Notes under the pieces: generated by a model
What the model was told of the DNA's origin: nothing
Seen by the model: only the letters and a program-made list of their open reading frames with translations
Databases searched by the model: none
Source: an uncultured delta proteobacterium
GTDB taxonomy: Bacteria; Myxococcota_A; Polyangia; Polyangiales; Polyangiaceae
Direction of reading: 5' to 3'
NCBI GenBank assembly: GCA_963841435.1
Contig: CAWJCS010000003.1
Span: forward strand, 704,001-768,000
DNA length: 64,000 bases
In this document: positions 10,378 to 20,905 of the stretch, in pieces
Layout of the letters: every line of letters begins with the position of its first letter
How positions within the stretch are numbered: the stretch's first letter is position 1
Translations under genes and position numbers: made by a program

Positions 10378-11046
10378 TCAGAACAGGATGTTGAGGCCGG
10401 CCGAGACGTACGGAAAGCCGATGCGCACGGTGGCGCCGATGTTGTCGGAAAACATGAAGCGTCCGCCGCCCCAGAACACGAACTCGACGCCGGTGTCGGA
10501 ATCGCGGTACTCGCAGATGGGGCCGCTGTCTCCGTTGCACCACCACTCCCAGTTCCAGCGCCGATGCACGATCGCGAGGCCCGGCTCGCCGAATACGCTG
10601 ATCATCTTGGTCAAAAAGAAGTTCCACTGGACGACCACGGGGGCCCAGAATTCGGTCGCGCTGCAGTTCGCCGTCTGGAGCCACAGGTTGCGGTCGTAAC
10701 GACCCCACCACCAGCCGCAGTCGTTGTTGCCGAAGGTGATGTCGAGGCCGAAGCCGATGGCCATGTTGTTGTTGATGCTCGGGATGGGACCGTTTCGCAG
10801 AAACGGCACGTTCACGCGCAGGCCGGGTCCTATGCCGTCGCCACCCCCGAAGCGGTCCGACCACTGAAACGCAAAGTGAGGCTCGAGCTCGGTGCTGTAG
10901 CTCGGATGGGCGTTCGGCTGCTTGATGACCGATTGAGCGTGTGCCGTGGATGGCGCGACCAACGCCACCAACACGGCCGCGCAGACGAGAGCGAGCACCG
11001 ATCGCGTGACGCTGATCCGAAGTCCCAAGGTCCGTTCGTTTCTCAT
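10378..11046 (-). CDS. Small outer-membrane beta-barrel-like protein
   Basis: Signal peptide ending AHA-Q; alternating hydrophobic strands; C-terminal Phe (GLNILF). Confidence 0.65.
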   Translation of the reverse strand: MRNERTLGLRISVTRSVLALVCAAVLVALVAPSTAHAQSVIKQPNAHPSYSTELEPHFAFQWSDRFGGGDGIGPGLRVNVPFLRNGPIPSINNNMAIGFGLDITFGNNDCGWWWGRYDRNLWLQTANCSATEFWAPVVVQWNFFLTKMISVFGEPGLAIVHRRWNWEWWCNGDSGPICEYRDSDTGVEFVFWGGGRFMFSDNIGATVRIGFPYVSAGLNILF

Positions 11047-11213
11047 GCAGAAGGCCCCTTCACGAGTGCTCGATGGTGGCGAGCCGGCCCGGCGCCGCGT
11101 GGCCCGGCGGCCAACGTCGTCGTTTGCCACGCTTTTTCGACAAGCTCAAGCCGCTTCACGGTAAAGGGATGGCCCCCAAAGGAGCGCGCGACGCGCGCAG
11201 GAGGCCGTGCATC

Positions 11214-12125
11214 ATGAAACGTTGGCTCAAGCGAATCGGTATCGGGCTCGCCGCCCTCGTCGGGCTCGTGGTCGTGGTGGGCGGTATCTACGTCTGGCGG
11301 CAAGTCGCGGCGTACGACGCAAGCATCGAGAAGGTTTACCCGATCGCGCCCCTCGACAAGTTCGTTCGCTCGAGCGATCCGGCGGTCATCGAACGCGGCA
11401 AGCATCTTGCGTTCTCTTTCGTGGGCTGCGCGCTCAACGACTGCCACAGCCCCGATCTCGGTGGCGGGAAAGTCACCGACGGCGGCCCGATCGGCCAGAT
11501 GGTGGCGCCCAACATCACGCAAATCCTTCCGGCGTACTCCGATGGAGAGCTTGCCCGCCTCATCCGCCACGGCATCAAGAAGGATCAGCGGACGGTCCAA
11601 TTCATGAGCGTCGAGGAGTTCAACTGGATCTCCGACGCCGATGTCCTCGCGGTTCTCTCGTTCGTCCGCAGCGTGCCGCGCGTCGTGCGCACGACGGGCT
11701 CGACGCACATCAACTGGCTCGGCAAGGTCCTCGACCGCCGCGGCGACATTCCCATCGACGTCGCACGAAGGATCAATCACGATGCGATCGAGACCGGGCC
11801 TGCGCCTTCCCCGACCCCCGAGTACGGCAAATGGATCGCGCGCGGTTGCACGGGCTGCCACGGCGAGCACATGAGCGGTGGGCCGATCCCGGGCGCGCCG
11901 CCGGATTTTCCGGTGCCGCTCAACATCACACCCCATGAATCCGGCCTGAAGGGCTGGACGCAGCAGGACTTCGAGCAGGTGTTGGCCACCGGCATTCGCA
12001 AGAACGGCAAGAAGCTTGCCGACTTCATGCCCCGCGAAGGCATCAACAACATGGATGCCATGGAGAAGAAGGCGATCTTCTCGTACCTCCAGGGACTCCC
12101 CCCGAGGCCCTTCGGCGAGCGCTGA
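11214..12125 (+). CDS. Membrane-anchored di-haem c-type cytochrome
   Basis: AGGAGG RBS; N-terminal TM; ERGKHL..CALNDCH (CX4CH) and YGKWI..CTGCH; PNIT/LNITP repeats; distal Met (FMS, FMP). Confidence 0.85.
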   Translation: MKRWLKRIGIGLAALVGLVVVVGGIYVWRQVAAYDASIEKVYPIAPLDKFVRSSDPAVIERGKHLAFSFVGCALNDCHSPDLGGGKVTDGGPIGQMVAPNITQILPAYSDGELARLIRHGIKKDQRTVQFMSVEEFNWISDADVLAVLSFVRSVPRVVRTTGSTHINWLGKVLDRRGDIPIDVARRINHDAIETGPAPSPTPEYGKWIARGCTGCHGEHMSGGPIPGAPPDFPVPLNITPHESGLKGWTQQDFEQVLATGIRKNGKKLADFMPREGINNMDAMEKKAIFSYLQGLPPRPFGER

Positions 12126-12148
12126 CGCGCGACTCAGCGCGACTCGGC

Positions 12149-14359
12149 TCAGCGCGGCGGTTCCAGCACGCGGCAGCCCGCACAGCTGGAGCCGCCAATC
12201 GGGCCAACGTCGCACTGCTCGGGCTCTTGGACGATACCGTCACCGCAGTAGGGTCCGAGCTTGCACCCGGCGTCGCATTCGCCGTACCCGCCGTCGTTGA
12301 CGCCGTCGTCGCACTCTTCGCCGAAGCTCAGGATGCCGTCGCCGCAAACCGGCGTGCAGTCGCTCGGCGTCGTTTCGAACCCGGAAAGCGTCAGGCGGAA
12401 CGAGGACCCGAACTTCTTGCGCTCGGCCTGGAACACCACGATCTTGTAAACGTTGCCCGGCGTGAGCTCGAACCGCCCGGCCGACTGAGCGTCGATGGTG
12501 ACCGAGCCATCCATCGGCACGTGGATGCCGCCGAGGTCGACCGCGAGGTGGCCGTTGACGAACACCCAAACGTCGTCGTCGCCCGTGAAGTCGAGGCGCG
12601 CGTTGGTGCCCTGCTCGTAGCGGAACCAGTACTGCACTTCGCTCGTGAAGTAGAAGTTGTGCTGCATGGCACCCGGAAAGACGGACTCCTCCGAGGGCCA
12701 ACCCGTGTAGCCGTACTGCAGGGGAAGCTGGGCGTAGTCAGGGTCCCGCGTCGGCCCCATCACGCTGTCAACGGGGAAGAACAGGGGGGTGCCGTCGTAC
12801 TCCACCACCATGCCGCCCGTGCACCACTGAGTCGGGTTGTAGCTGCAGGGCTTGCAGTCGGCGACGCACGCGGCGACCTGGCCGTCGAAGTTCGTCTGGC
12901 AGTCGGTGTCGCAGGTGTCCGCCGTGGCGGTGAGGGTCGCGATTTCGGCTTCCAGACCGGCGATCTCCGTTTCCAAGTCGGCGATCTGCGTTTCGAGCTG
13001 TGCAATCGCTGCGGCGTCCGGATTCGTGTCGGCTTGGCGTTGCGCTAGCTGATCATTGAGCTGCTGCAGCTGGTCTTGTCGCTGACGCAGCGTGTCTCCG
13101 CGAGAACGGACCTGGTCGTGGTCGGGTCGGCAAACGTTGTCGCACTGGAGCGAGCTTTGCACGCGCTGTGCACAGCCGGGCTCGCACGTCGCCTGACTGG
13201 TCGCGTTCGGAACCTGCTGCTCCTGCTGGCCCTGACCCCTCGGCGGCGCCACGGTGACGACGAGCTTCTCGCCGTTCGCGCCGAAACGGTTCACGTAGCC
13301 GCCGGCGCCATTGTCGTAAAGCACGAGGTCGCCGACGACGCGGACCGTTCCGGGGTTGTCGCGGAACCAACGCGCGAAGGTCTGAGCGGACTCGATGCAC
13401 GCGTTCGCGGGGGCCTTGCCGAGCACCGGCCGCCCCTCGGCATCGAGCCTGTCTTGTGCGATGCCGGGGACGATGGGGTCACCCTCGGGGATGCCGCACG
13501 TCGTGTCGGGATAGACGGGCCAGCCGAAATCGGGGTCGTCATCCGAGAAGTCACGGAAGACCGCCGGCACGCGGAGCACGCACTCGCCGTTGACCTTCTC
13601 GCACAGCGCCTGCTGATCGCAGGTGAACCCCGGCTCTTTCGTGCACGTCGAGGAGCAGCCGTCGCCGTCGATCGTGTTGCCGTCGTCGCATTCCTCGTTG
13701 ATGAGCAGGCCGTCACCGCACTCGGACGTGCACGATTCCCCCGAACAGTTCGGCTCACGCAGACAGAGCGAGGAGCAGCCGTCGAACGGCACCTTGTTGC
13801 CGTCATCGCAACTCTCGGCACCCTCGACGATGCCGTTGCCGCATTCGGCGTCGGTGCACACGCTCGGCTGCCCTTCGCACTTCTTGCCGATCTCGATCTT
13901 GCAGCGCTCCGAGCAACCGTCGCCCGGCTCCACGTTGCCATCGTCACACGCCTCGCTGGCAGCAACGACGCCGTCGCCACAGCGCGCGATCTCCCGGCAG
14001 AGCTCGCCGGGCTTGACGCAGCTGTAACCCGGCTCGACTTGCAGGCAGTTCGCCTGGCAGCCGTCGCCGGAGTCGGTGTTGCCGTCGTCGCACGCCTCGT
14101 CCGAGGTCAGGTTGCCGTCGCCGCAGCCTGGAGGCGTCGACTGCTCCGTGGGGTCGACGCTGATACCGGTTCCAGCAGTGCCGCCAGAGCCGATGCTCGG
14201 ACCCCCGCCGCCCGTGCCCGTGTTCCCGGAACCGGGAGTGCCGTTGGTAAAGTCCGTGGTTCCGCCACCGCCGTCAGCGCTGCAGGCGCCGACGAGCAGG
14301 CCGAAGACCAGCCACGACGCGAGGGGAGAGAAAGCACGATTTGAGGTGCGCATGTCCAT
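12149..14359 (-). CDS. Fibro-slime (PA14-like) lipoprotein with Myxococcus cysteine-rich (DUF4215) repeats
   Basis: Lipobox VGAC; repeated CGDG..EACDDGN..GDGCS; HNFYFTSE, FTGDDDVWVFVNGHLAVDLGGIH, FQAER. Confidence 0.9.
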   Translation of the reverse strand: MDMRTSNRAFSPLASWLVFGLLVGACSADGGGGTTDFTNGTPGSGNTGTGGGGPSIGSGGTAGTGISVDPTEQSTPPGCGDGNLTSDEACDDGNTDSGDGCQANCLQVEPGYSCVKPGELCREIARCGDGVVAASEACDDGNVEPGDGCSERCKIEIGKKCEGQPSVCTDAECGNGIVEGAESCDDGNKVPFDGCSSLCLREPNCSGESCTSECGDGLLINEECDDGNTIDGDGCSSTCTKEPGFTCDQQALCEKVNGECVLRVPAVFRDFSDDDPDFGWPVYPDTTCGIPEGDPIVPGIAQDRLDAEGRPVLGKAPANACIESAQTFARWFRDNPGTVRVVGDLVLYDNGAGGYVNRFGANGEKLVVTVAPPRGQGQQEQQVPNATSQATCEPGCAQRVQSSLQCDNVCRPDHDQVRSRGDTLRQRQDQLQQLNDQLAQRQADTNPDAAAIAQLETQIADLETEIAGLEAEIATLTATADTCDTDCQTNFDGQVAACVADCKPCSYNPTQWCTGGMVVEYDGTPLFFPVDSVMGPTRDPDYAQLPLQYGYTGWPSEESVFPGAMQHNFYFTSEVQYWFRYEQGTNARLDFTGDDDVWVFVNGHLAVDLGGIHVPMDGSVTIDAQSAGRFELTPGNVYKIVVFQAERKKFGSSFRLTLSGFETTPSDCTPVCGDGILSFGEECDDGVNDGGYGECDAGCKLGPYCGDGIVQEPEQCDVGPIGGSSCAGCRVLEPPR

Positions 14360-14624
14360 CCTCCGACGTTCCGCCTCAGTCCTGACACAGCGACACTCGG
14401 AAGGCCATGGGCCTCGGGGCCTATTTGCGTCAAACCCGTTTCATTTCGCTTCCAAATCTTCGTCCGCGGCGGACGGCCCGTCACGGCCGTCCGCACGAAG
14501 TCGTGCAGGCTCGGGGCGAGGCCGCGCTGCGCGCTCTGCGACGAGCCAGCTCGACGGCCGCGAGCTCGGCGAAACCTCGCCCTCGACGCGGAGGCCCGTC
14601 GCGCCGAGAAAAGAAGTAGCGTCC

Positions 14625-16290
14625 CTACTCGTCGCTCTCGAAGGGCCCGAGGTCGGGCGCCGCACCGTTGTACGGCAGGCCGACGTCGACCCCGGCGTTG
14701 CGGAGCGGGCTGTCGGCCGCGAGGCGGAGGTAGTCGATGTCGGGGAGGCTGCCGTCGGCCTTGCGGGGCCCTTTCAGCAACGTGTGGTCGATGCTGACGA
14801 AATCCTTTGCGCTCGCGCTCCTGCCATCTTGCCAGCTGTTGTTCGTGATGTCGGTCGCGGTGGCGGACTGTTCCCCTCGGGTCCCAATCGAGATGGAGTT
14901 CTTGACGGTCAACGAGGCCGCAATGTTCGTGGTGCCGAAGTTGATGTTGGCGCCGTTGTCCTGGGCTGCGCAGTTCAAAATAGTGATGCTGCCGCGATTG
15001 CTGTTGTGGTCGAAGCCGTCGTGCACGTTGCCCGCGGCGATGCACTGCTCGTAGACGGCATTGTGGCGGAGGTTCTTGCCGTCGCTGCCTCCCGTCTTGA
15101 ACCCGTTCCCGTCGCCAGCGCCCACTCTGCCGTCTTTCAACTTGCCGTTGTCGATGGCCCAACATCGTTCATAGGTCGTCGTGACGTTGTCGGCGGGGCG
15201 GAGGTAGCCGTCCCAGCCGTCGTCCAGGTTGTTCCAGGCGCGACACCCGACGAACTTGTTCCCCGTGCCCACGTCGAGCTTCGCCGCAAAGCCATCGGCA
15301 TTTTCCAGCGTGGAATCTGCGTTGAAGTAGGAATCACAGTTGAGCATCAAGTTGTCGGAGGCGCCGTTCCCGAGCTGGAGCCCGGTGTCCGCGCACTCCG
15401 AAAACGTCGAAAACTCGATGGTGTTGTGCGAGCCACCGATGAACATGCAATTGTCGCCCGCCGCAAAGACATCGAGCCCGTAGACGTGCCAGTAGTCCCC
15501 GGACAGGCTCAGCCCGCGATTGCCGGAGCTCTCCGCCATGGAGGAGAAGTCGAGCAGCGGGCGCGTGTCGTCGAGCGGATACGCCCGAAGCTCGATCGGC
15601 GCGGCTTGGCCGCCATCCTTGCCGAGATTGAGCGTGCTCCCGAAGGGGTACCGACCTCCTCGCACGTAGAATCGTGCCTCCCATGCTCACCCGGGTCAGC
15701 GCGTCGGGCAGCGTCGTCGGTTGTTCCAGCGTGGCCGGGGCCCCCACCTTGCCGTCCGGAGCGGCGTAGAGCGCATCCGGGTCGATCTCGACCATGGTGG
15801 TCCCGCCAGTTCCGCTCGTACCGGCAGCGCTCGCACCTGCAGCGTTCCCGGATCCGGCCGTTCCCGAGCTTCCGCCCCCCGAGCTTTCGCCGCTGCCGCC
15901 AGCAACGGTTCCCCCAGCCGCGCTCGTGGACCCCGCCATGCCCGCGGCTCCAGCGAACGAGCTTTTCCCACCCGCGCTCGGTCCACCGGCCGCCGAGCCG
16001 CCGCCGTCCCCCGCCGCGCCGCCGGAGCTCGCACCGCCGCCGAGGGTTCCCCCCGAACCGTTGCCGCCCGCACCGCCGGTTGCACCCGCCCCGAGCGCGC
16101 CGGCTCCGGCGTTCCCGGCAGCATTCGAGCCTCGTGGCGCCCCGGCGTTCGTTGACCCATCACCACAACCCGTCAGAGCGGCGCCGATGGCCAAGCTACC
16201 CCCGAGCAAGAGAGCACCGCACCTGCTCGTTCGGCACGGATGGCTTGGCGTCACACCAGGACAGTTTCTCTCAGCCAAGATGTCGGTCAT
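14625..16290 (-). CDS. PL9 pectate lyase (right-handed beta-helix) lipoprotein; frameshift near 15670
   Basis: Lipobox LTGC, Gly linker; NADGFAAK, CRAWNNLDDGWD, GNGFKTGG (catalytic Lys), APDLGPFE. Confidence 0.85.
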
Positions 16291-16299
16291 CTAAATGCC

Positions 16300-16560
16300 G
16301 CGGTCGCGCTGCTGACCCTCGACGCATTGAAAATGTACCGCCCGCACGGATTGGCCCGACGTGCTCCGCGCGTACGTTCGGTCGTGGGAAGAGCACGACG
16401 TCGAGTCGCTGGTCGCCCTTCTGCGCGACGACAGTCGTGTTCGCGATGCCGCCGCACGTGACGTGGTTTCACGGCGCCCCCGCCGTCGAGCGTTTTCTCC
16501 GGAGCCCGCGCTTCTCGACGCACTGGGCAGCCGGCTACCGTCCCACATCGCGCTCACCTA
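16300..16560 (+). pseudogene. Relic of ECF sigma factor C-terminal SnoaL-like domain
   Basis: VLRAYVRSWEEHDVESLVALLRDD then shifted FAMPPHVTWFHGAPAVERFL; no N-terminal sigma regions. Confidence 0.6.
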
Positions 16561-16584
16561 GGCGCTTCGGTTGCGTGGGGGTGC

Positions 16585-16854
16585 TTGGCTGACGTGGGCC
16601 CAGGAAGCGGCTATCCGGTCGTGGAAAAGGTGCTGACCTTCACGACTCACGCGGCCGCTGCCGCAGACGAGGCGCGCTACTGGCGCTCGGTCAGTATCGA
16701 GGAGCGGGTTTCGCCGGTCGAGCTGCTGCGAGAATCGACGTTGGGAGTTTACGGTCAGACTACCCCCCGACTGGAACGAGTTCATCGCCTTGTTGTTCGC
16801 CCACCACGTTCGCTTTCTGATCGTGGGCGCGCACGCTCTGGCGGCGAACGGTAG
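16585..16854 (+). CDS. Small protein upstream of nucleotidyltransferase (putative antitoxin)
   Basis: ADEARYWRSVSIEERV..VELLRE...PRLERVHRLV; overlaps the NTase start. Confidence 0.5.
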   Translation: MADVGPGSGYPVVEKVLTFTTHAAAAADEARYWRSVSIEERVSPVELLRESTLGVYGQTTPRLERVHRLVVRPPRSLSDRGRARSGGER

Positions 16855-17146
16855 GCCGCGCGCAACACAGGACCTGCACATTTGGGTCGAGCCGACCTCC
16901 GAGAACGCCCAGCCCAACCGGATGGCGACGCTCGGGCGCCCACCTCTCCGGATCAACGTCATGACCAGCATCGACGGCGTCGCGTTTGCCGATGGCTGGG
17001 CCGAGCGGCTCGAGGCGCCCTTCGGCGCTCAGACCGTTGGATTTCTAGGTCGCCGGCTGCTGATCGAGAACAAGCTCTGCACGGGCAGGACGAAGGACCG
17101 CTTGGACGTCGAGCTCCTGCGCGAAGGGGACGACGCGGGACAATGA
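16751..17146 (+). pseudogene. Degenerate nucleotidyltransferase (DUF6036/AbiEii-like)
   Basis: DWNEFIALL..VRFLIVGAHALAANGRPRATQDLH; NK..TGRTKDRLDVE. ACG in place of a start codon, DxD changed to DLH, apparent internal deletion after ENAQ. Confidence 0.65.
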
Positions 17147-17174
17147 CGGGGGCGCCCTCGGGCTCTTTGGCTCG

Positions 17175-18149
17175 TCAGGCCATCGATGCGTTGATGCCCG
17201 CTTCGGTGGAGTCGACGGACGCCGTCGTGAGGTCGAGCGCCGTATCGCCCGTCGGCGGGTCCCACGCCGCACGCCCGATCTGGCGGGTGCGAAAGCGGCT
17301 CGAAAACACACCGAGCAGGTACGTCTTGAGGCAAAACCACAAGATCGACTCCTGCTTCAGCTCGGGATGGATGTGCGGGGCGAGCTTTTCGTGGAGCTCC
17401 CACAGCTTGCTCCAGTGCAGACCCGCCTGTTCGTGGTGGGCTGCATGCAAGCCCGCGTTGAAGACCAACCAGTTGCTGCGCTTGCCCACGAAATTACGCG
17501 AGTGGTCGTACTTCGACCACGGGTCGCAATCGACGTGCTGGATGTAGTTGATGAAGAACATCGACCACAGCGAGAACGCGGACGGTAGGAGGAACGCGAG
17601 CCCGTACGCGACCAGGCCGAGCTTCCAGCCGTGGAGCCAAACGGCGAGCGCCGCCATGCCCACGTGACCGGTGAGCACGAAGGCGTACTGGAGCAGGATG
17701 CCCCGGAACAAGGTCGGGTTGTTGGCCTTTGCCTTGCGGACGTATTCGACGAGCGTACCGTTCTGAAAGTAGCTGGAGACGAAGAAGTAGGTCCAAGCGA
17801 CGGTCCAGTTGTTCTTCTTCGAGTAGCGCCAGGTGATCGATGCGTCCCCGGCGCGATTGACGAACTTGTGGTGGTTCTGATTGTGCGAGGGGATCCACCC
17901 GAACGTCGGATAGCCGTAGAAGATCGAGAGCCACGCCGCGTAGAGCGTGTTGGCGCGCTTGCTCTTGAAGGTGGGGCAGTGGTTCTGGTTGTGGGTCAAA
18001 ACGCCGGCGCTGAAGCCGAAGTACAGGCTGATCGGCAGCATCCACCCCAAAAGCTCCGGATGGGCGTACTGGATCAACGGGACCGCTGGAAACAGCACGA
18101 ACGTGTAGAAGAGCGTTCGAGCGTCGGCGTCGAAACGAAGACCCAGCAT
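17175..18149 (-). CDS. Membrane fatty acid desaturase
   Basis: Three His boxes HNQNH, HNQNHH, HAAHH plus NYIQH; TM segments. Confidence 0.9.
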   Translation of the reverse strand: MLGLRFDADARTLFYTFVLFPAVPLIQYAHPELLGWMLPISLYFGFSAGVLTHNQNHCPTFKSKRANTLYAAWLSIFYGYPTFGWIPSHNQNHHKFVNRAGDASITWRYSKKNNWTVAWTYFFVSSYFQNGTLVEYVRKAKANNPTLFRGILLQYAFVLTGHVGMAALAVWLHGWKLGLVAYGLAFLLPSAFSLWSMFFINYIQHVDCDPWSKYDHSRNFVGKRSNWLVFNAGLHAAHHEQAGLHWSKLWELHEKLAPHIHPELKQESILWFCLKTYLLGVFSSRFRTRQIGRAAWDPPTGDTALDLTTASVDSTEAGINASMA

Positions 18150-18425
18150 CCCGCGGAACGTATGAGAGGGGAGCCGTCCGGTCAAACGTTCCGGGGCCGT
18201 TTTCGAGTGCAGTGCCGGCACCCAGCGGGCGTTACCCGTCGCTTTTGCGGGGGAGCGCGCGCAGAGGCTCGGAAAGGCGCACGAATTTCGCCGAGGCTGA
18301 CGCAGCTCCGCCGCTCAGGAGCGCAGCATCTGCGCGGGTTTTCGGGCGAGACCGGAACGAACCCGCAGCCCTTCCCAGAAGGCCCCGGGCGCCTCGCGTA
18401 TGCTCTCCCCTCGCCGGAGCTCGCC

Positions 18426-19937
18426 ATGCGCACGAAGAAACTCCCACGATACCTCGGACTCCTCACGCTGGTCTTCGCCTCCAACTGCGAGCGGACGGCC
18501 GCAGCCGGGCTCGCGCCAGCCTTCGCTCAAACTCTGGTCGAGGACCAAGCCTACGTGGGGGACGCGAGCAACGCGACGGACATCGCTTTCCACCCCGACG
18601 GGCGCGCCGTCATCACCCAGAAGACGGGACAGATCACCATCCGGCACGACAACGGTGATCTCGTCGAGATCACCGGCACCTTCCCGAACCTCGATACCTC
18701 CTCCGAGAAGGGCTTACTCGGCGTCGTCGCGGACCCGGACGTCGGGACGAACGACACCTTCTATTTCTACGCCTCGAACGGGCCGACCGAGGACCGGCAC
18801 CGCGTCTACAAGGGCGTGCTCAACGACGACGACACCGTCACGGTAGACCTCGATAACCCCATCGTCGGGGCGTCGCGAAACGTCGGCCCGGGTCTCGAAG
18901 GGCCGGCGAACCACGACGGCGGGGGCCTTTTCATCCACGAAGGCAAGCTCTACGTCGGAGTGGGCGACACCGGCGCGAACTCCGAGCCGCCCACCAACAA
19001 GTATTCGAGCTGCCTGAACAAGGGCAACGGCAAGATCCTGCGCGTGAACCTCGACGGGTCGGTGCCGACCGACAACCCGCTCGTGTCCGAGACGACGGTG
19101 ACCTCGTGCACGAGCACTGGCTCCGACTGGGGTACGGACGCGCCGGACCGTCGAATCTTCGCCTGGGGGCTCAGAAATCCCTGGCGGTTCTGGGTCGATC
19201 CGATGACCGCTCTCTTGTGGATTGGCGACGTGGGCGAGACGGAGCGCGAGGAGATCTCGGTCGGCGGCTCCGGCCAGCACTTCGGCTACCCCTTCATCGA
19301 GGGGAACCTCGACCAGAGCATGGCGGGCGGATCGCTTCGGCTCGACAAGACCTGCGACCAGAGCTTCCTGCCGCCACGTCCCTGCACGGCGCCGGTCCAC
19401 GACTACCCGCACAGCACCGGCAAGAGCGTGACGGGCGGCCTGATCCCGACGGGCTGCGGCTGGTCGAACGCGTTCGGCGGCAAGATCTACTACGTGTTCG
19501 GCGACTACGACTCGAATTGGCTCCATGCGCTCGAGGTGCGCGCCGACCACACGGGCGTCGTCTCCTCCGCCTCCGTCGACTTCGCGACCGTTTCCGGAGG
19601 CCCCGCATCGATTCGCCAGGGCCTCGACGGCGCTCTCTACGTCGTGTTCTACGGGAGCGGAACCGTCACGCGCATCGCCCCAAACGCCATGACCGGAGCT
19701 GACTGCGGCAGCGCGGGCTCGGGCGGCGGCGCAGGCTCGGGCGGCGGCGCAGGCTCGGGCGGCGGCGTTGCCGCGGGCGGCAGCGCGGGCTCGGGTGGCG
19801 CGACGGCTGCGGGAGGGGCCGATAGCTCTTCGGGGTGCAGTTGCCGCACCGCGCGCGACGGCGGCGCGGGAGCGCTCGTCGCGGTGCTCGGGCTCGGCGC
19901 CCTTGCGCTCGGTCGCGCGAGGCGGAGGAAAGGGTAG
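18426..19937 (+). CDS. PQQ-dependent sugar dehydrogenase (GSDH-type) with MYXO-CTERM tail
   Basis: EKGLLGV, NHDGG, LYVGVGD, GKILR, AWGLRNPWR, GDVG...EEI; tail GCSCR-TM-RRRK. Confidence 0.88.
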   Translation: MRTKKLPRYLGLLTLVFASNCERTAAAGLAPAFAQTLVEDQAYVGDASNATDIAFHPDGRAVITQKTGQITIRHDNGDLVEITGTFPNLDTSSEKGLLGVVADPDVGTNDTFYFYASNGPTEDRHRVYKGVLNDDDTVTVDLDNPIVGASRNVGPGLEGPANHDGGGLFIHEGKLYVGVGDTGANSEPPTNKYSSCLNKGNGKILRVNLDGSVPTDNPLVSETTVTSCTSTGSDWGTDAPDRRIFAWGLRNPWRFWVDPMTALLWIGDVGETEREEISVGGSGQHFGYPFIEGNLDQSMAGGSLRLDKTCDQSFLPPRPCTAPVHDYPHSTGKSVTGGLIPTGCGWSNAFGGKIYYVFGDYDSNWLHALEVRADHTGVVSSASVDFATVSGGPASIRQGLDGALYVVFYGSGTVTRIAPNAMTGADCGSAGSGGGAGSGGGAGSGGGVAAGGSAGSGGATAAGGADSSSGCSCRTARDGGAGALVAVLGLGALALGRARRRKG

Positions 19938-20027
19938 CGCGGAGGGACCGTCGGCGCGCATGCCGTCGGTGTTTGCGGCCGACCGCGCGCGACCAAGGGC
20001 CTCGACGTGTAGTAGTTTCCCTGCACG

Positions 20028-20867
20028 ATGAGCGTGGAGGTGGCGGCTTCCAGGGCGGCGTGGCGTTCCGTGGCGAGCCGCCTCCTCGTGGCTTGCGGCT
20101 TCGGGTGCCTCACGATCGCGGCGTGCGGCGGCAGGTCGGAACGAACGGCGGAGAGGTCGTCGTCTGGGGCGGGGGGCGCGAGCTCAGCCGGCCGCGCTGG
20201 CAGCAACGGAGCCGCGGGCATCGCTACGGGTTGCCCCCTACACGACGGTTGGGAGAACGATCCCTGCGCCGGCTCGTTCGTCTGCACGGAGCCGGCCGGC
20301 TGCAGTGAGTGCGGCTGCTGCATGTACTCGGCCGGCTGCGTTGACGGAACGCTCCAGTTTCTCGGTGTGACGGACGGTTGCCAATGTCCCGACGCCGGAG
20401 GCGGCGGAGCCTCCAACGCGGGCGGAACCGGCGGCGTTGCGGGCGCGAGCGGCAGCGCCGGCACCAGCGCCGCGGTGCCCGATCTCGACGCCTGCGGTGC
20501 CCCGATGCCGTGCGACCCTGTCGTCGAGTCGGTCGGCTTGGCCTTGGTGCCACCGAGCGATCGAGCGCTCCGCTGCGTCATCCAGGGGTTTCATGACCGA
20601 ACACCCGGCGTGTACGTCCACGACGTCACGATTTACTCGGAGACCGCGTCGCAAAAGCACGTCACTTACCTCATCAAAGGGGACGGCAGTATCGCTAGCG
20701 TGACGACGCGGAGTTCGACCGAGTATTCGGAAGTCTGCCTTCCGCGACCACCTGCCGATTTCGACGACTGCCTCGCGAGCACCCCCAGTGACGCCGAGGC
20801 CACGGCCGAGTGCATGGGCCTCGAATGGACCGGCGATTGCACGCGGGCGCCCGTTTCGTGCGAGTGA
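20028..20867 (+). CDS. Cys-rich lipoprotein, unknown function
   Basis: Lipobox IAAC, Gly linkers, two Cys-rich modules. Confidence 0.7.
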   Translation: MSVEVAASRAAWRSVASRLLVACGFGCLTIAACGGRSERTAERSSSGAGGASSAGRAGSNGAAGIATGCPLHDGWENDPCAGSFVCTEPAGCSECGCCMYSAGCVDGTLQFLGVTDGCQCPDAGGGGASNAGGTGGVAGASGSAGTSAAVPDLDACGAPMPCDPVVESVGLALVPPSDRALRCVIQGFHDRTPGVYVHDVTIYSETASQKHVTYLIKGDGSIASVTTRSSTEYSEVCLPRPPADFDDCLASTPSDAEATAECMGLEWTGDCTRAPVSCE

Positions 20868-20905
20868 GCCCGAGGACCGCGCGTCATGACGCAGAGTCAC
20901 CCGCC

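Noticed and set aside
10323-10699. C-terminal extension of the GH3 to 977 aa
   Set aside because: Read-through caused by the frameshift near 10284; it overlaps the convergent barrel gene.
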